Shown here: positions 8,958 through 17,620 of the stretch, piece after piece
Layout of the letters: the number at the start of each line of letters is the position of its first letter
Position numbering within the stretch: the stretch's first letter is position 1
Assembly (NCBI GenBank): GCA_024680655.1
Contig: JAILBY010000026.1
Location: 4,109 to 68,108, forward strand
Length of the DNA: 64,000 nt
Reading direction: 5' to 3'
Source of the DNA: Clostridiales bacterium
GTDB lineage: Bacteria > Bacillota > Clostridia > Oscillospirales > Acutalibacteraceae
Position numbers and translations under genes: made by a program
Notes under the pieces: generated by a model
What the model was told of the DNA's origin: nothing
The model's database searches: none
The model's input: only the letters and a program-made list of their open reading frames with translations

Positions 8958-10154
8958 ATGTTTTTACGCATGATGTTAAGTAAATACTTGCAAAGAATAA
9001 AATCTTCTCAAAAGCGTGTGGTTCTATATGGCGCGGGAAAGATAGGCAAAGCCTTAAAATCAATGCTTGAAAAGAACAATATATTGCCCCAAGGCTTTGT
9101 TGTTAGCGACAAGAACATGAATAAGGATGAAGTTGATGGCCTTAAAGTGTTTGGACTTGATGAGGTGATAAATTTGTGGGGTGGTGAAAATATTCTTGCC
9201 CTTGTCGCTGTGAAAGAACCTTGGAATAACGAGGTTGTTGCTAAAATAAAAAGTTGTCGTAATTTGGAATATCTTGATATTATCCCTGAACTGCTTACGC
9301 TTGACATAAAACCAGAACTTTTTGAAATAAACGCTGTTGTTGGATGTTCTGTCGCTTGTAAGTATTGCCCACAGTCCGCGTTAATAAAGGCTTACAGCGC
9401 GAAGAATGCTGCTTCTCCGCGTGTATTGTCATTTGATGTGTTCCGCCAAGCCTTGGATAAAATACCAGTGAAAAAAAATATAGCGTTCAGTGGTTTTTCG
9501 GAGCCTTTCTTGAATCCTGATATTACAAAAATGATAAAATATGCGCATGAGAAAGGGCACGGAATCATGCTTAATACGACGCTTGTGGGCATGACAAAGG
9601 AAAAATTCGCGGAAATTCGTGATATTCCAATTGCAAATTTTACTTTGCATTTGCCCGACAAAGATAATTATGCAAAAATACCTATTACGGAACAATATAT
9701 TGAACTTTTGAAAATGGTTTTGGATTGGAAGTGGCTGAAGAATGGGAGCTATATTCCTGTCGTGGATAAGGCTAATGGCCAGGGGGCTTTGCCAAAAGAA
9801 GTTGAGCAAATTATACATGGAAAAGTATTGTTCCATTCTGAGCTGGCGGACAGAGCCGGAAATCTAGCAGATTCAGATATTTACAGTATAGGAACTCTTA
9901 ATGGACGCATACGCTGCAATTATTCACCGGATATTTCAAATTTTGTTATGATGCCAAATGGCGATGTGTACTTGTGTTGCATGGATTTCGGACTTCGACA
10001 TAAGATAGGAAATATTCTTGAACAAAGTTATGAAGATCTTCTAAAGAGTTCGGAACTTCAAAAAATACGAAAAGCCATGGATAGTGATGATGGTGAATGT
10101 TTGTGCAGGCATTGCACAGAGGCTCAAGTTATTGCTGAGTCGAAAAAAAGCTAG
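8958..10154 (+). CDS. Rossmann-like module + radical SAM/SPASM-like enzyme
   Basis: RVVLYGAGKIGKAL...QGFVVSD module. CxxxCxxC in CSVACKYCPQ. C-terminal Cys cluster YLCCMDFG...GECLCRHC. Alternative start ATG 8970. Confidence 0.8.
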   Translation: MFLRMMLSKYLQRIKSSQKRVVLYGAGKIGKALKSMLEKNNILPQGFVVSDKNMNKDEVDGLKVFGLDEVINLWGGENILALVAVKEPWNNEVVAKIKSCRNLEYLDIIPELLTLDIKPELFEINAVVGCSVACKYCPQSALIKAYSAKNAASPRVLSFDVFRQALDKIPVKKNIAFSGFSEPFLNPDITKMIKYAHEKGHGIMLNTTLVGMTKEKFAEIRDIPIANFTLHLPDKDNYAKIPITEQYIELLKMVLDWKWLKNGSYIPVVDKANGQGALPKEVEQIIHGKVLFHSELADRAGNLADSDIYSIGTLNGRIRCNYSPDISNFVMMPNGDVYLCCMDFGLRHKIGNILEQSYEDLLKSSELQKIRKAMDSDDGECLCRHCTEAQVIAESKKS

Positions 10155-10266
10155 ATGGTGTCAATGACTTCTATAGATGTAAAATGTTCCTTCGGGCGGT
10201 TTGTGTTAAGCTGTTTGAGAAAAATAAGTTTATATTTGGCGTGTAAGTTTTTGACCGATTCGTGGC

Positions 10267-11436
10267 ATGAAAACTGCGCTATTTTATAGCATTAAGAACG
10301 GGATAAATGTGATGAAAGATACAGAATATGTTTTGTTGCTCACAGGAACAGTAAATCCGTGCACTCAAGTACCTTTTTTGTCATTGAAGGACGGTTTTGT
10401 AAGAAAAAAACAATATTACGATGCTATAAAGTTTTATATTGAAGAATGCAAGGTAAAAAAAATAGTCTTTTGTGAGAATTCCTGTGAAAAATGTCCTGTG
10501 GAAATAACGGATTTAGCTCTTGAAAATGGCGTTGAATTTGAATGGCTGTCTTTTATAGGCGATGTAGAAGGATCTGTAAAAATAGATAAATCTTACGGCG
10601 AAGTAGAAATAATAAACTATGCGCTTGATCATAGCAAACTTATTAAGGCCTGCTCTTATTTTGTGAAGGCTACTGGAAGAGTAAAGGTTAGAAACTATAA
10701 GAAAATTATTGCAATGTTATCTACAAAGCGAAATTATTTTTCGGCATATGGTGATAATAAGCTTGATAGGCTTGATACGCGCTTCTTTTCAATGAAAGTT
10801 GAAGTGTACAAGAATTTTTTTTATAATGTATATGATAAGAATATTCCTGTAAAAATCAAATCGATAGAAAATTTATATCCTTTTGTAATAAGGGACAATA
10901 ACATCCCAATAGTGTCATTTCCTTTGAAAGTATGTTTTGATGGAATTTCTGGGGGGTTTGGATTCCCGTATGTAACTACGAAGAAAGAAGAAATTTTAGG
11001 ATCCCTAAAACAATTGTTTTTTACAATGTGTGGTCACCGTCTGTATTTACAAAGAACTTGTTATTGGCAAGGCGATATGATTGTAACAAAAGCAATTTGG
11101 AACACTTGTTTTGAAGAATTGACAGGGAAAAGGATTGTTATGTGTGGAGCAGGCAGGCTGGGGTGTTGTTTGGTCAAAACTGCAAAAGAAATGTCAAAAC
11201 TTGTGGCATGGACAGATACAAACTATGAAAAAATAAAATCCATATACGGAAGAAAAGTTGAGCCTCTTGATAAGGTTATGAATCGAAAAACTGATTTTTT
11301 TTTGATATGTGTTAAGGATAAAAAGTGTTATGAGGATATAAAGGCGAAAATTATTGGTTTCACAGGAAACGATTCAAATATTCGTTGGATAATGGATTTA
11401 ATGTCTAAATTAGATGGCCTTTTGCGTGCGGAGTGA
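10267..11436 (+). CDS. Unrecognised ~285-aa N-terminal domain + C-terminal Rossmann-like module
   Basis: Long ORF in the operon frame. The N-terminus (VLLLTGTVNPCTQ...IVFCENS) matches nothing I recognise. C-terminal KRIVMCGAGRLGCC...VAWTDTN. Alternative start ATG 10312. Confidence 0.6.
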   Translation: MKTALFYSIKNGINVMKDTEYVLLLTGTVNPCTQVPFLSLKDGFVRKKQYYDAIKFYIEECKVKKIVFCENSCEKCPVEITDLALENGVEFEWLSFIGDVEGSVKIDKSYGEVEIINYALDHSKLIKACSYFVKATGRVKVRNYKKIIAMLSTKRNYFSAYGDNKLDRLDTRFFSMKVEVYKNFFYNVYDKNIPVKIKSIENLYPFVIRDNNIPIVSFPLKVCFDGISGGFGFPYVTTKKEEILGSLKQLFFTMCGHRLYLQRTCYWQGDMIVTKAIWNTCFEELTGKRIVMCGAGRLGCCLVKTAKEMSKLVAWTDTNYEKIKSIYGRKVEPLDKVMNRKTDFFLICVKDKKCYEDIKAKIIGFTGNDSNIRWIMDLMSKLDGLLRAE

Positions 11437-11528
11437 ACTGTCATGCGGATGGTGTATATGCAAAAATAAAATGATTCCATGCTAGAATTTAAGATTCGAT
11501 GCAAATATAATTAGTTCAGGAGTTTTTA

Positions 11529-12497
11529 ATGATGGATTTTATGTTTCCTTATTGGGCGGTAAAAAAGGATAGTGACATTGTTTTGTATGGCGAGGGCAAT
11601 GTTGGAAAAGATTTTTTTCTTCAGCTTTATGAAACAAAATACTGCAATGTTGTTGCTTGGGTGGATAAGGTCTTTGACGGCTATGAATTGAGCAAGCCTT
11701 TTGACTATGTGAGCAATATAAAGAACTATAATGTGGATTATATTGTTTTGGCTGTTAAAGATAAGAAAACAGCTGATGAAATATCTAACGAGCTAAAACT
11801 CAAATGCGGCGTTGATGGTTCAAAAATAATTTGGTCAAACTATTACAACTTTAGCCGCGACTTTTTCCCTTCCGATAGACTGTTATATTTAAAAGATTTG
11901 GATTTTTACATGAGTCTTTTGGATGAATATATGGTCGCAGAAACTTTTTACGCTACAAAGGAATATTATCAGAGCTTTGAAAAACTTGGCATAAAAGGAT
12001 CTCGCAAGAATGCGGAACGTTTGGTGAAATACGGAATACATGAATTTTTGAACAAGGATGACAACGTCTTGGATATAGGCTGCAATTGCGGCTTCTTTTC
12101 TATGACTGTGGCTCCGTATGTAAAGAAGATTATTGGCGTGGATGTTGATGAAAACTTTATTAATATCGCGAATAAGGCAATGGCTTTTGCAAAAATTGAC
12201 AACGCTGAATTCTATGTAAAAGATGTGTTTGCTGACGGATTAAACGGTAATTATGACGCGATATTTATGCTTGCTTTGCCTGCCAATATAGGAGTTTACG
12301 AAAAGGCGAATGTGATTGCCAACCACATAACTCAAGGCGGCTATTTATTTTTGGAGTCTCACAATATGAAAGGCGAAAGTGAAAAGTATTTATTTAAGAA
12401 GTTGATAGATACGTATATCGAAAAAGGGCTAAAAAATGTTTGCCTCTATGACAATTTAGGTTCACAGGATCGTGATTTCTGTGTGCTAAGAAAATAA
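11529..12497 (+). CDS. Rossmann-like module + class I SAM-dependent methyltransferase
   Basis: DIVLYGEGNVGKDF...VAWVDK module. MTase motif I VLDIGCNCGFFS, then IIGVDVDENF and YDAIFML. Confidence 0.75.
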   Translation: MMDFMFPYWAVKKDSDIVLYGEGNVGKDFFLQLYETKYCNVVAWVDKVFDGYELSKPFDYVSNIKNYNVDYIVLAVKDKKTADEISNELKLKCGVDGSKIIWSNYYNFSRDFFPSDRLLYLKDLDFYMSLLDEYMVAETFYATKEYYQSFEKLGIKGSRKNAERLVKYGIHEFLNKDDNVLDIGCNCGFFSMTVAPYVKKIIGVDVDENFINIANKAMAFAKIDNAEFYVKDVFADGLNGNYDAIFMLALPANIGVYEKANVIANHITQGGYLFLESHNMKGESEKYLFKKLIDTYIEKGLKNVCLYDNLGSQDRDFCVLRK

Positions 12498-12506
12498 AAC
12501 TGTTTT

Positions 12507-13766
12507 ATGGGGCGAAAATTGTTAAGGGTGCTTGGAAAGTCAAAGGACTTTATGGACAATAAGGGGTGTATTGTTTGGGGAGCGACTAGAAGAACCGCAG
12601 TAAACTGTGCTAGCATTTATCTTGACGACAGGGAAGTTCGTGTTATAGACAGTCAGCGAGAAAAACACGGCCAAGTTCTATGTATTGGAAAAAAAGAGTT
12701 TGTTATAGAATCCAGTGATATTTTAAACAATCTGGATTCAAAAGCTTGGTGTCTGGCAATTTCAAGCCAAAATTATTACGAAGAAATAAGAGATTTAATA
12801 AGGGCTTCTTATGCAGGCTGGGATGCTTCGACAATAAATTTTGATCAATTGTACAGAACATATGAGTCATTGGATGATTTGTTTAAATTGGATTATGTTT
12901 TTCATAAGCGCATGTTGAATGCCTGTATATTAGGAGATATAGAAGCTTATCAAAATACTGCAAAGAATATAGTCTCAAGTTTTTTGTCCTGTAGTGGTTA
13001 TGAATATTTTTGCTTGCCAAGCGCTTCCAATGTTGTAATAATGATTCAGGGAGATGCAGACTCTTATGTCTTAAAGTTTCCTAGTTTTGACGGGTCGCAT
13101 TCTTTGAAACAAATAAAAGCAATATTGAATAATAAAGAGAAAATAATCGGGAAAGACAAACTTGTGTTGTATGAAGACTCCGAAGGCTTTGTGCTTTCTC
13201 GCAAGGCGCAGGTAATTGAAAACTGGGAGCAAGAGGAGGTAAAGCAAGCGCTATCCATCCTGAAACAAATCGAAAAATCAGATGTTTTAGTGGATAAGAA
13301 TATTGAGCCGTTATTGTTTGTATCTGAGAGACATGTAAAAAAATTCTGCAATCTTGAAGAAAAAAGAATTCAGACGCTTGTGAATGATATAAAGTGTCAT
13401 TCTGAAAAAAAACGAATTAGTCATGGGGACACTCATTGCGGTAATTTTCTTAAACATGAAAACGAAGTGTATTTGATTGATTGGGACACGCTAGCAATGC
13501 GCGATGATTTATGGGATGTTTTATTTTTTATAGGTGATTTATGGTATGGAAGGGCCGCGCGAATATACAAAAATTGGGAAGACATGTTGTTGGAATATTT
13601 AGACGGAAAAATTGATGATGTTATGATGAGGTACGCCAGGGCTAAGATGATCGGAATTATGATTAAAATTGAAGACGTCTTTTCAAAGGCTGGCGTAAAC
13701 ACAGATTTTATTACTGGTGAAATAAAAAAGAGCGTTAATGAATATGTCGCATTATATAAGTTGTGA
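12507..13766 (+). CDS. Degenerate Rossmann-like module + protein-kinase-like fold phosphotransferase (APH/choline-kinase type)
   Basis: Catalytic-loop region ISHGDTHCGNFLKHENEVYLIDWDTLAMRDDLWDV (HGD...N...IDWD pattern). N-terminus GCIVWGATRR. Confidence 0.65.
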   Translation: MGRKLLRVLGKSKDFMDNKGCIVWGATRRTAVNCASIYLDDREVRVIDSQREKHGQVLCIGKKEFVIESSDILNNLDSKAWCLAISSQNYYEEIRDLIRASYAGWDASTINFDQLYRTYESLDDLFKLDYVFHKRMLNACILGDIEAYQNTAKNIVSSFLSCSGYEYFCLPSASNVVIMIQGDADSYVLKFPSFDGSHSLKQIKAILNNKEKIIGKDKLVLYEDSEGFVLSRKAQVIENWEQEEVKQALSILKQIEKSDVLVDKNIEPLLFVSERHVKKFCNLEEKRIQTLVNDIKCHSEKKRISHGDTHCGNFLKHENEVYLIDWDTLAMRDDLWDVLFFIGDLWYGRAARIYKNWEDMLLEYLDGKIDDVMMRYARAKMIGIMIKIEDVFSKAGVNTDFITGEIKKSVNEYVALYKL

Positions 13767-13772
13767 ACCTTA

Positions 13773-13801
13773 TTGATTAAGTGGCAAAAGAATGGTAGTA
13801 T
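13773..13801 (+). promoter_or_regulatory. Weak sigma70-like promoter candidate placed for a leaderless or near-leaderless start
   Basis: TTGATT (13773-13778), 17-nt spacer, TAGTAT (13796-13801). A TATAAT overlaps at 13799-13804. ATG is at 13810. Confidence 0.3.
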
Positions 13802-13809
13802 AATTGAAT

Positions 13810-16407
13810 ATGTCTTACAACATTTACATTTATGGCGCCGGTAAGCTTGGCAGACGGTGTTATGATTTTTTAAAGAACTCTGGAATGCAAGTGGCGGGCT
13901 TTCTTGTAAGCGATGCAACTGGGAACCCAGGATGCATAGGCGAATGTCCTGTCTTGGAATATAAGAATGCGAATGTAGACAAGAGCAAAGACTTAATTGT
14001 CGTTGCCTTGAATCAACGTTTTAGGGATGAGGTGTGCCCTAAGCTGAAGGCAGACGGTGTTAAGCGCATGCAATTTTTTCCTTATTTGCGGACTGCGGAA
14101 AAACCTAAAAAACAAAATAGAGTTTTGATTTTTGGAACCGGCAAGTATGCTTTGGAAAATCGCCAATATTTTTACGAAGAGGAAGTTGTCGGTTATTTGG
14201 ACAACAATAAATCGGTTCAAAAAACACGTATTGACGAAAAACTTGTTTATGCTCCGAGCGTTGTAAAAAAACTAGACTTTGACTATGTTTGCGTCATGAG
14301 CCCTCGAAACGCAGTTGAGATGACGCTGCAGCTTTTGAAATTGGGCGTTGAAAAAGAAAAAATTATAAGCCTGTTGGGTTATAGAAGCAAGTTTTACAGG
14401 GCTGTGAATGTCCGTCTCGTGCTTGACTGCCCTCGACCAAAACTTTTTCCCACGCCTGAGATTTATAAGGATGTAAAAAAGTGTGAGAAAGTTGTTTTTC
14501 AGGTTTCTAAAACTCCTGTCGTATCAATCATAATCCCTGTATACAACCAGTTTGCCTACACATACAATTGTCTAAAGGCCATTAAGGATCATTCTGGCGC
14601 AGAAATTCCTTACGAAGTCATTGTTGCCGACGACAAGTCTTCTGACCAAACTAAAAACCTGGAAACAGTGGCGCCCGGCTTGACGGTAATTCACAACAAA
14701 AGCAATTTGCGTTTTTTAAAGAATTGCAACAATGCCGCAAAACACGCCAAAGGCAAGTATATATTGTTTTTAAACAACGACACGCAGGTTCAGGATAATT
14801 GGTTAAAGCCTTTGGTAGATTTGATTGAAAGCGATAAAAAAATCGGCATGGTCGGCTCAAAGCTTATTTACCCTGACGGTGTTTTGCAGGAGGCTGGCGG
14901 GATTCTTTGGAAGGATGGTTCCGCTTGGAACTATGGAAACAAACAAAATCCCACATTGCCGGAGTTCAATTATGTAAAGGAGGCCGACTACATTTCCGGA
15001 GCGTCCATTATGATACGTTCTGACCTTTGGAATGAGATAGGTGGCTTTGACGAACGCTTTTGTCCAGCGTATTGCGAGGATTCGGACTTGGCATTTGAAG
15101 TTCGAAAACACGGTTACAGGGTTATGTATCAGCCCGCCTCCGTTGTTGTTCACTTTGAGGGAGCTTCAAACGGAACAGACACTACCACAGGACAAAAAAA
15201 ATATCAAGTTGTGAACATGGAGAAATTTTACAACAAGTGGAAAGACGTTTTAGACTCTGAACATTTTGAGAACGGGCAAAATGTTTTCTTGGCCCGCGAT
15301 CGTTCCTGCGCAAAAAAACATATTCTCGTGGTAAACGACATTGTTCCCACTTTTGACAAGGACGCTGGGTCCAAGACGGTTTATCAGTATCTAAAAATGT
15401 TTGTGGCAAAAGGGTATAGCGTTAAGTATGTCGCGGACAACTTCTTCTTGGCGGAGCCATACACGACATGCTTGCAACAAATGGGGGTTGAAGTTTTGGG
15501 CGGTGCTTGGTACGCTCAAAACTTTTGGAACTGGTTTGACAAAATTGGAGATTGCATTGATGTTGTCTATCTAAACCGTCCACACATTAGCGTTAAATAT
15601 ATTGACAAAATTGCTGAAAGAAAAGGACCCAAAGTTGTTTATTACGGACATGACTTGCACTATTTGCGACTTTTGAGAGAGTATGAGCTGACTGGTGATA
15701 AGAAATATCTTTCGGAGTCAGATTATTACAAGAAAATTGAATTTTCTGTCATGCGAAAAGCTGATGTGTGTCATTATCCGTCGCAAGTTGAAATTGACGC
15801 TATTCACAACGAGGATTCTTCAATAAACGCAAAGGCAATTAACGCTTATGTATATGACAGGTTTTTGAATGATTTGGACTTCGATTGTGCAAAAAGAAAA
15901 GGCATTTTGTTTGTTGGAGGTTTTGGACACCGTCCAAATGTTGACGCAGTCTTGTGGTTTGCGAGCGAAGTATATCCGGTCATAAGAAAAAAAGCAAAAA
16001 TTCCTTTTTATATTGTCGGTTCAAAGCCGACTCAGGAGATTCTGAATCTTGACGGCAACGGCATAATAGTTAAAGGCTTTGTCTCTGACGAAGAATTGGC
16101 TAACTTATATCGTTCTTGCAAGCTTGTCGTTGTTCCTTTGCGTTATGGCGCTGGAGTTAAGGGCAAGGTTGTGGAGGCGCTCTATAATGGAATGCCCATT
16201 GTAACGACATCCGTTGGAGCGGAAGGTATTCCCGGCATAAGTAATGTTGTCGAGATAAAGGATTCCGTCCAAGCCTTTGCCAGTTCAGTAATCAAATTGT
16301 ATGAAAATGACAAGAAACTCGTTGAAATGTCAAGGGCCGCTCAAGCTTTGATAAAAAAGCATTTTTCCGCTGCGGCCGCTTGGAAATTGATAAAAGACGA
16401 TTTTTGA
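13810..16407 (+). CDS. Two tandem Rossmann-like modules + GT2 domain + GT4 (Glycos_transf_1) domain; dual glycosyltransferase
   Basis: IYIYGAGKLGRRCY...AGFLVSD and VLIFGTGKYALE...VGYLDNN modules. GT2: VSIIIPVYNQ...VIVADDKSSDQT, FLNNDTQV, EDSDLAFE. GT4: LFVGGFGHRPN...GAGVKGKVVEALYNGMPIV. The track start TTG 13804 is replaced by ATG 13810. Confidence 0.85.
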   Translation: MSYNIYIYGAGKLGRRCYDFLKNSGMQVAGFLVSDATGNPGCIGECPVLEYKNANVDKSKDLIVVALNQRFRDEVCPKLKADGVKRMQFFPYLRTAEKPKKQNRVLIFGTGKYALENRQYFYEEEVVGYLDNNKSVQKTRIDEKLVYAPSVVKKLDFDYVCVMSPRNAVEMTLQLLKLGVEKEKIISLLGYRSKFYRAVNVRLVLDCPRPKLFPTPEIYKDVKKCEKVVFQVSKTPVVSIIIPVYNQFAYTYNCLKAIKDHSGAEIPYEVIVADDKSSDQTKNLETVAPGLTVIHNKSNLRFLKNCNNAAKHAKGKYILFLNNDTQVQDNWLKPLVDLIESDKKIGMVGSKLIYPDGVLQEAGGILWKDGSAWNYGNKQNPTLPEFNYVKEADYISGASIMIRSDLWNEIGGFDERFCPAYCEDSDLAFEVRKHGYRVMYQPASVVVHFEGASNGTDTTTGQKKYQVVNMEKFYNKWKDVLDSEHFENGQNVFLARDRSCAKKHILVVNDIVPTFDKDAGSKTVYQYLKMFVAKGYSVKYVADNFFLAEPYTTCLQQMGVEVLGGAWYAQNFWNWFDKIGDCIDVVYLNRPHISVKYIDKIAERKGPKVVYYGHDLHYLRLLREYELTGDKKYLSESDYYKKIEFSVMRKADVCHYPSQVEIDAIHNEDSSINAKAINAYVYDRFLNDLDFDCAKRKGILFVGGFGHRPNVDAVLWFASEVYPVIRKKAKIPFYIVGSKPTQEILNLDGNGIIVKGFVSDEELANLYRSCKLVVVPLRYGAGVKGKVVEALYNGMPIVTTSVGAEGIPGISNVVEIKDSVQAFASSVIKLYENDKKLVEMSRAAQALIKKHFSAAAAWKLIKDDF

Positions 16408-16458
16408 ATATATATTAAAGATGGAGAATTGTATATAAATTGAGAGGGCAAATAGGGG

Positions 16459-17376
16459 ATGGGAAAATTAACAAACTCTGAGAAAAAAATAATTAGAATC
16501 CTAGAGTCTTTGAATTTTGACACAATTGATGGTTGCATAGTGTTTCCTTATGGTAAATATGGGAAAGAAGTTGTCAAAATCATAAAACAAAAAAGCTGAA
16601 TTATGTTGTGGCGGATAATTTTTGTGATTCTAGCTATGAGAATGTACATCCGTTTGCGGACATTGTGCATAATAAATTTTATGAAAAATACGCGCTTATT
16701 TTTTCTGCTGCGAGAGAGGAAATCAGAAAGGATTTGATTCCTTATTACAAGGCATGGAAAGGAGAGAAAAGGGATGCGTTTCTTTTTGATGCTGATGTTT
16801 TTGGAGACATTCACGAAGATGATTGTAGGCTTGGTGCTCTGGAAAGGTGTGGAAGAGAAATCCTTAATAAGAATTTATCAGGAAGTGTTGCAGAAGCCGG
16901 CGTTTTTCGCGGTGATTTTGCGAGATATATCAATTGTATATTTCCCAACAAAAAAAATATATCTTTGTGACACATTCGAGGGCTTTGATAAAAGGGACAT
17001 TGCAGTTGACGATGAAAGAAAATTTTCAGAAGGCAGTCAAGATTGGAGTGAGACAAGCATTGATTTTGTCTTGTCAAGAATGCCATTTAAGGATAACTGC
17101 ATAGTGCGAAAAGGTTTCTTTCCCACGACCATGATTGATGTTGACGATACATTTTGTTTCGTCAGTTTGGATTTGGATTTGTATAAGCCGATATTTGATG
17201 GGCTTGAGTATTTTTATCCAAGACTTGTTAGAGGAGGGTATATATTTGTTCATGACTGTGTGAATAAAGGGTATCTTGGAGCTCGTGAGGCTGTCTTGGA
17301 GTTTTGTGCGAAACATAAAGTGGGATATGTGGTTCTGCCAGATGAATGGGGGACAGCGGTGCTTACGAAGGCGTGA
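16459..17376 (+). pseudogene. Rossmann-like module + TylF/MycF-type O-methyltransferase, disrupted by two frameshifts at poly-A tracts
   Basis: Three consecutive frame segments (16459-16599, 16557-16970, 16774-17376) join into one protein if A6 (16589-16594) gains one A and A8 (16950-16957) loses one A. The repaired joins read IIKQKKLNYVVADNF and FPNKKIYLCDTFEGFDKRD. TylF-like motifs: AEAGVFRGDF, LCDTFEGF, VSLDLDLY, GGYIFVHD. Confidence 0.75.
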
Positions 17377-17620
17377 TTTTTTTTATGACAGAATATCTAT
17401 GTTGAAATTTGTTATAATACATATGGACGAGGCAATGTGTTTGATAAATGGAATGCGTGTTGAAAATAATCAAAAAAAGTCCAAGGTGACAATAATGCAA
17501 GATTGAGAGTTTTGATTGTGGTTCGTACTTATTGTTTATTTATGTGCTTAGAATTATTTTTTTTTCTATCGAAACTGCGTATGACGTTGTCTGATATGAA
17601 CTTGTTTAACAGGGGGACTC

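Noticed and set aside
16585-16600. Programmed -1 ribosomal frameshift at the AAAAAAG string
   Set aside because: The heptamer is in the register of the target frame, not the incoming frame. The second break at 16950 would need a +1 shift. DNA-level indel or sequencing error is more parsimonious.
16608-17376. Track ORFs 16608-16970 and 16774-17376 treated as two separate overlapping genes
   Set aside because: Their products are consecutive parts of one TylF-like methyltransferase, and the frame switches occur exactly at A-tracts. I annotated a single disrupted gene instead.
17276-17506. 76-aa ORF spanning the end of the TylF-like gene and the gap before glf
   Set aside because: It has no RBS and no motif, overlaps the 3' end of the methyltransferase frame, and is probably non-coding spacer.
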